The notes below the pieces were generated by a model. That model did no database searches. It was not told the origin of the DNA and was given only the letters and a program-made list of their open reading frames with translations. A program made the position numbers and the translations under genes. From the NCBI GenBank assembly GCA_049720475.1, contig JBNASH010000036.1, positions 65,339-129,338 of the forward strand: DNA of 64,000 nucleotides. The letters are read 5' to 3'. The DNA is from Minisyncoccia bacterium (GTDB taxonomy: Bacteria; Patescibacteriota; Minisyncoccia; UBA6257; JAAZHW01). Each line of letters begins with the position of its first letter. The stretch's first letter is position 1. Below are positions 63,135 through 64,000 of this stretch, piece after piece.

Positions 63135-64000
63135 TTATTCTTCCAATTTTAATTCATCAACAATTTTATCTAAACCAATTGCTCGGGATGCTTTTACTAA
63201 AATCAAATCCCCTTCTCTAATTTCTTTTTTAATCATTTTCCGCGCAGATTCACTAGTGTTAAAAATAATAACTTTGTTTTTATCAAAACCGTATTTAATA
63301 GCTGATTCGGCAATTAATTTTGCCGCTGTGCCAACACAAATTAAAACATCAACCACTCCTACTATTTCTTTTCCAATTTTTTCATGCGCTTCGATGGTAT
63401 AATCCCCCAACTCTAACATATCCCCAAGAACTGCCACTTTCCTCTTAGCCGGAATTTCTTTTATAGTCTCAATAGCTGATTTCATTGATAACGGCGAAGC
63501 ATTGTAGCAATCATCAAAAATTATTGTATTTTTAACTCCATTTATAAGATTAGTTCTATGGGCAAGAGGTTGATATTTTTCTAAAGCCTCGCCGATTTTA
63601 ACTAAATTTATACCCATTGTAATACCGACGGCAGCTGCGGCGGCTGCAGCATAAACTTGTGGTTTTCCAATCGTATTATAAAGCCGAAATGGCACTAAAA
63701 TATTTCCATATTGAATCTTAAATGTCATTCCCTCTGGCAACCCCTTTTTATCAAATTTATATTCTAATCCTAATATTTGGACATCTGATTCCTCATGAAA
63801 GCCGAAACTAATCACTTGCGCTCGTGTTCTATTCCTTAAACCCCACACTATCAAATCATCGCGATTTAAAATTGCAAAACCGTTAGCCGACAAACTCTCA
63901 ATTAATTTACTTTTTTCTTTGGCTACTGCTTGGGAATTAGGATAATGTTCAACATGAACTGGCGTTTCACCAATAGCAGTAATAACACCAATCTTTGGTC
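63135..64000 (-). CDS. murF: UDP-N-acetylmuramoyl-tripeptide--D-Ala-D-Ala ligase, 3' part (runs off the window)
   Basis: AILN.DD, DDCYNASP.SM, VLGDMLELG, LVKASR. Confidence 0.93.
   Translation of the reverse strand, partial: PKIGVITAIGETPVHVEHYPNSQAVAKEKSKLIESLSANGFAILNRDDLIVWGLRNRTRAQVISFGFHEESDVQILGLEYKFDKKGLPEGMTFKIQYGNILVPFRLYNTIGKPQVYAAAAAAAVGITMGINLVKIGEALEKYQPLAHRTNLINGVKNTIIFDDCYNASPLSMKSAIETIKEIPAKRKVAVLGDMLELGDYTIEAHEKIGKEIVGVVDVLICVGTAAKLIAESAIKYGFDKNKVIIFNTSESARKMIKKEIREGDLILVKASRAIGLDKIVDELKLEE

Overview
This low-GC bacterial chromosomal segment has the gene content and style of a reduced-genome Patescibacteria (CPR, Parcubacteria-like) organism; that assignment is inferred, not tested. 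It carries a stand-alone 23S-5S rRNA unit with no 16S in front of it, three tRNAs, and mostly housekeeping genes (translation, cell division and peptidoglycan, GroESL, gap plus non-oxidative pentose phosphate enzymes, secA, topA/dprA, scpAB). Gene orientation converges near 47 kb, where an 11-6-11 dif-like palindrome suggests the replication terminus. The strongest unexplained signals are: (1) two tandem promoter-driven small RNA units at 27.1-27.35 kb with split, permuted complementarity; (2) five dispersed orphan transcription units that are the only ones seen with a strong AAGGAGG Shine-Dalgarno, each preceded by an rrn-like boxA element, including a 946-aa wHTH plus tandem metallophosphoesterase protein, a pseudo-Fic and a degenerate DUF218 protein; (3) a leader-peptide attenuator-like element upstream of the 23S gene; (4) a duplicated dif half-site bracketing one orphan gene; (5) housekeeping genes that look leaderless or carry an upstream GGTCG motif instead of an SD. 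All family calls come from motif recognition by eye; no searches were run.
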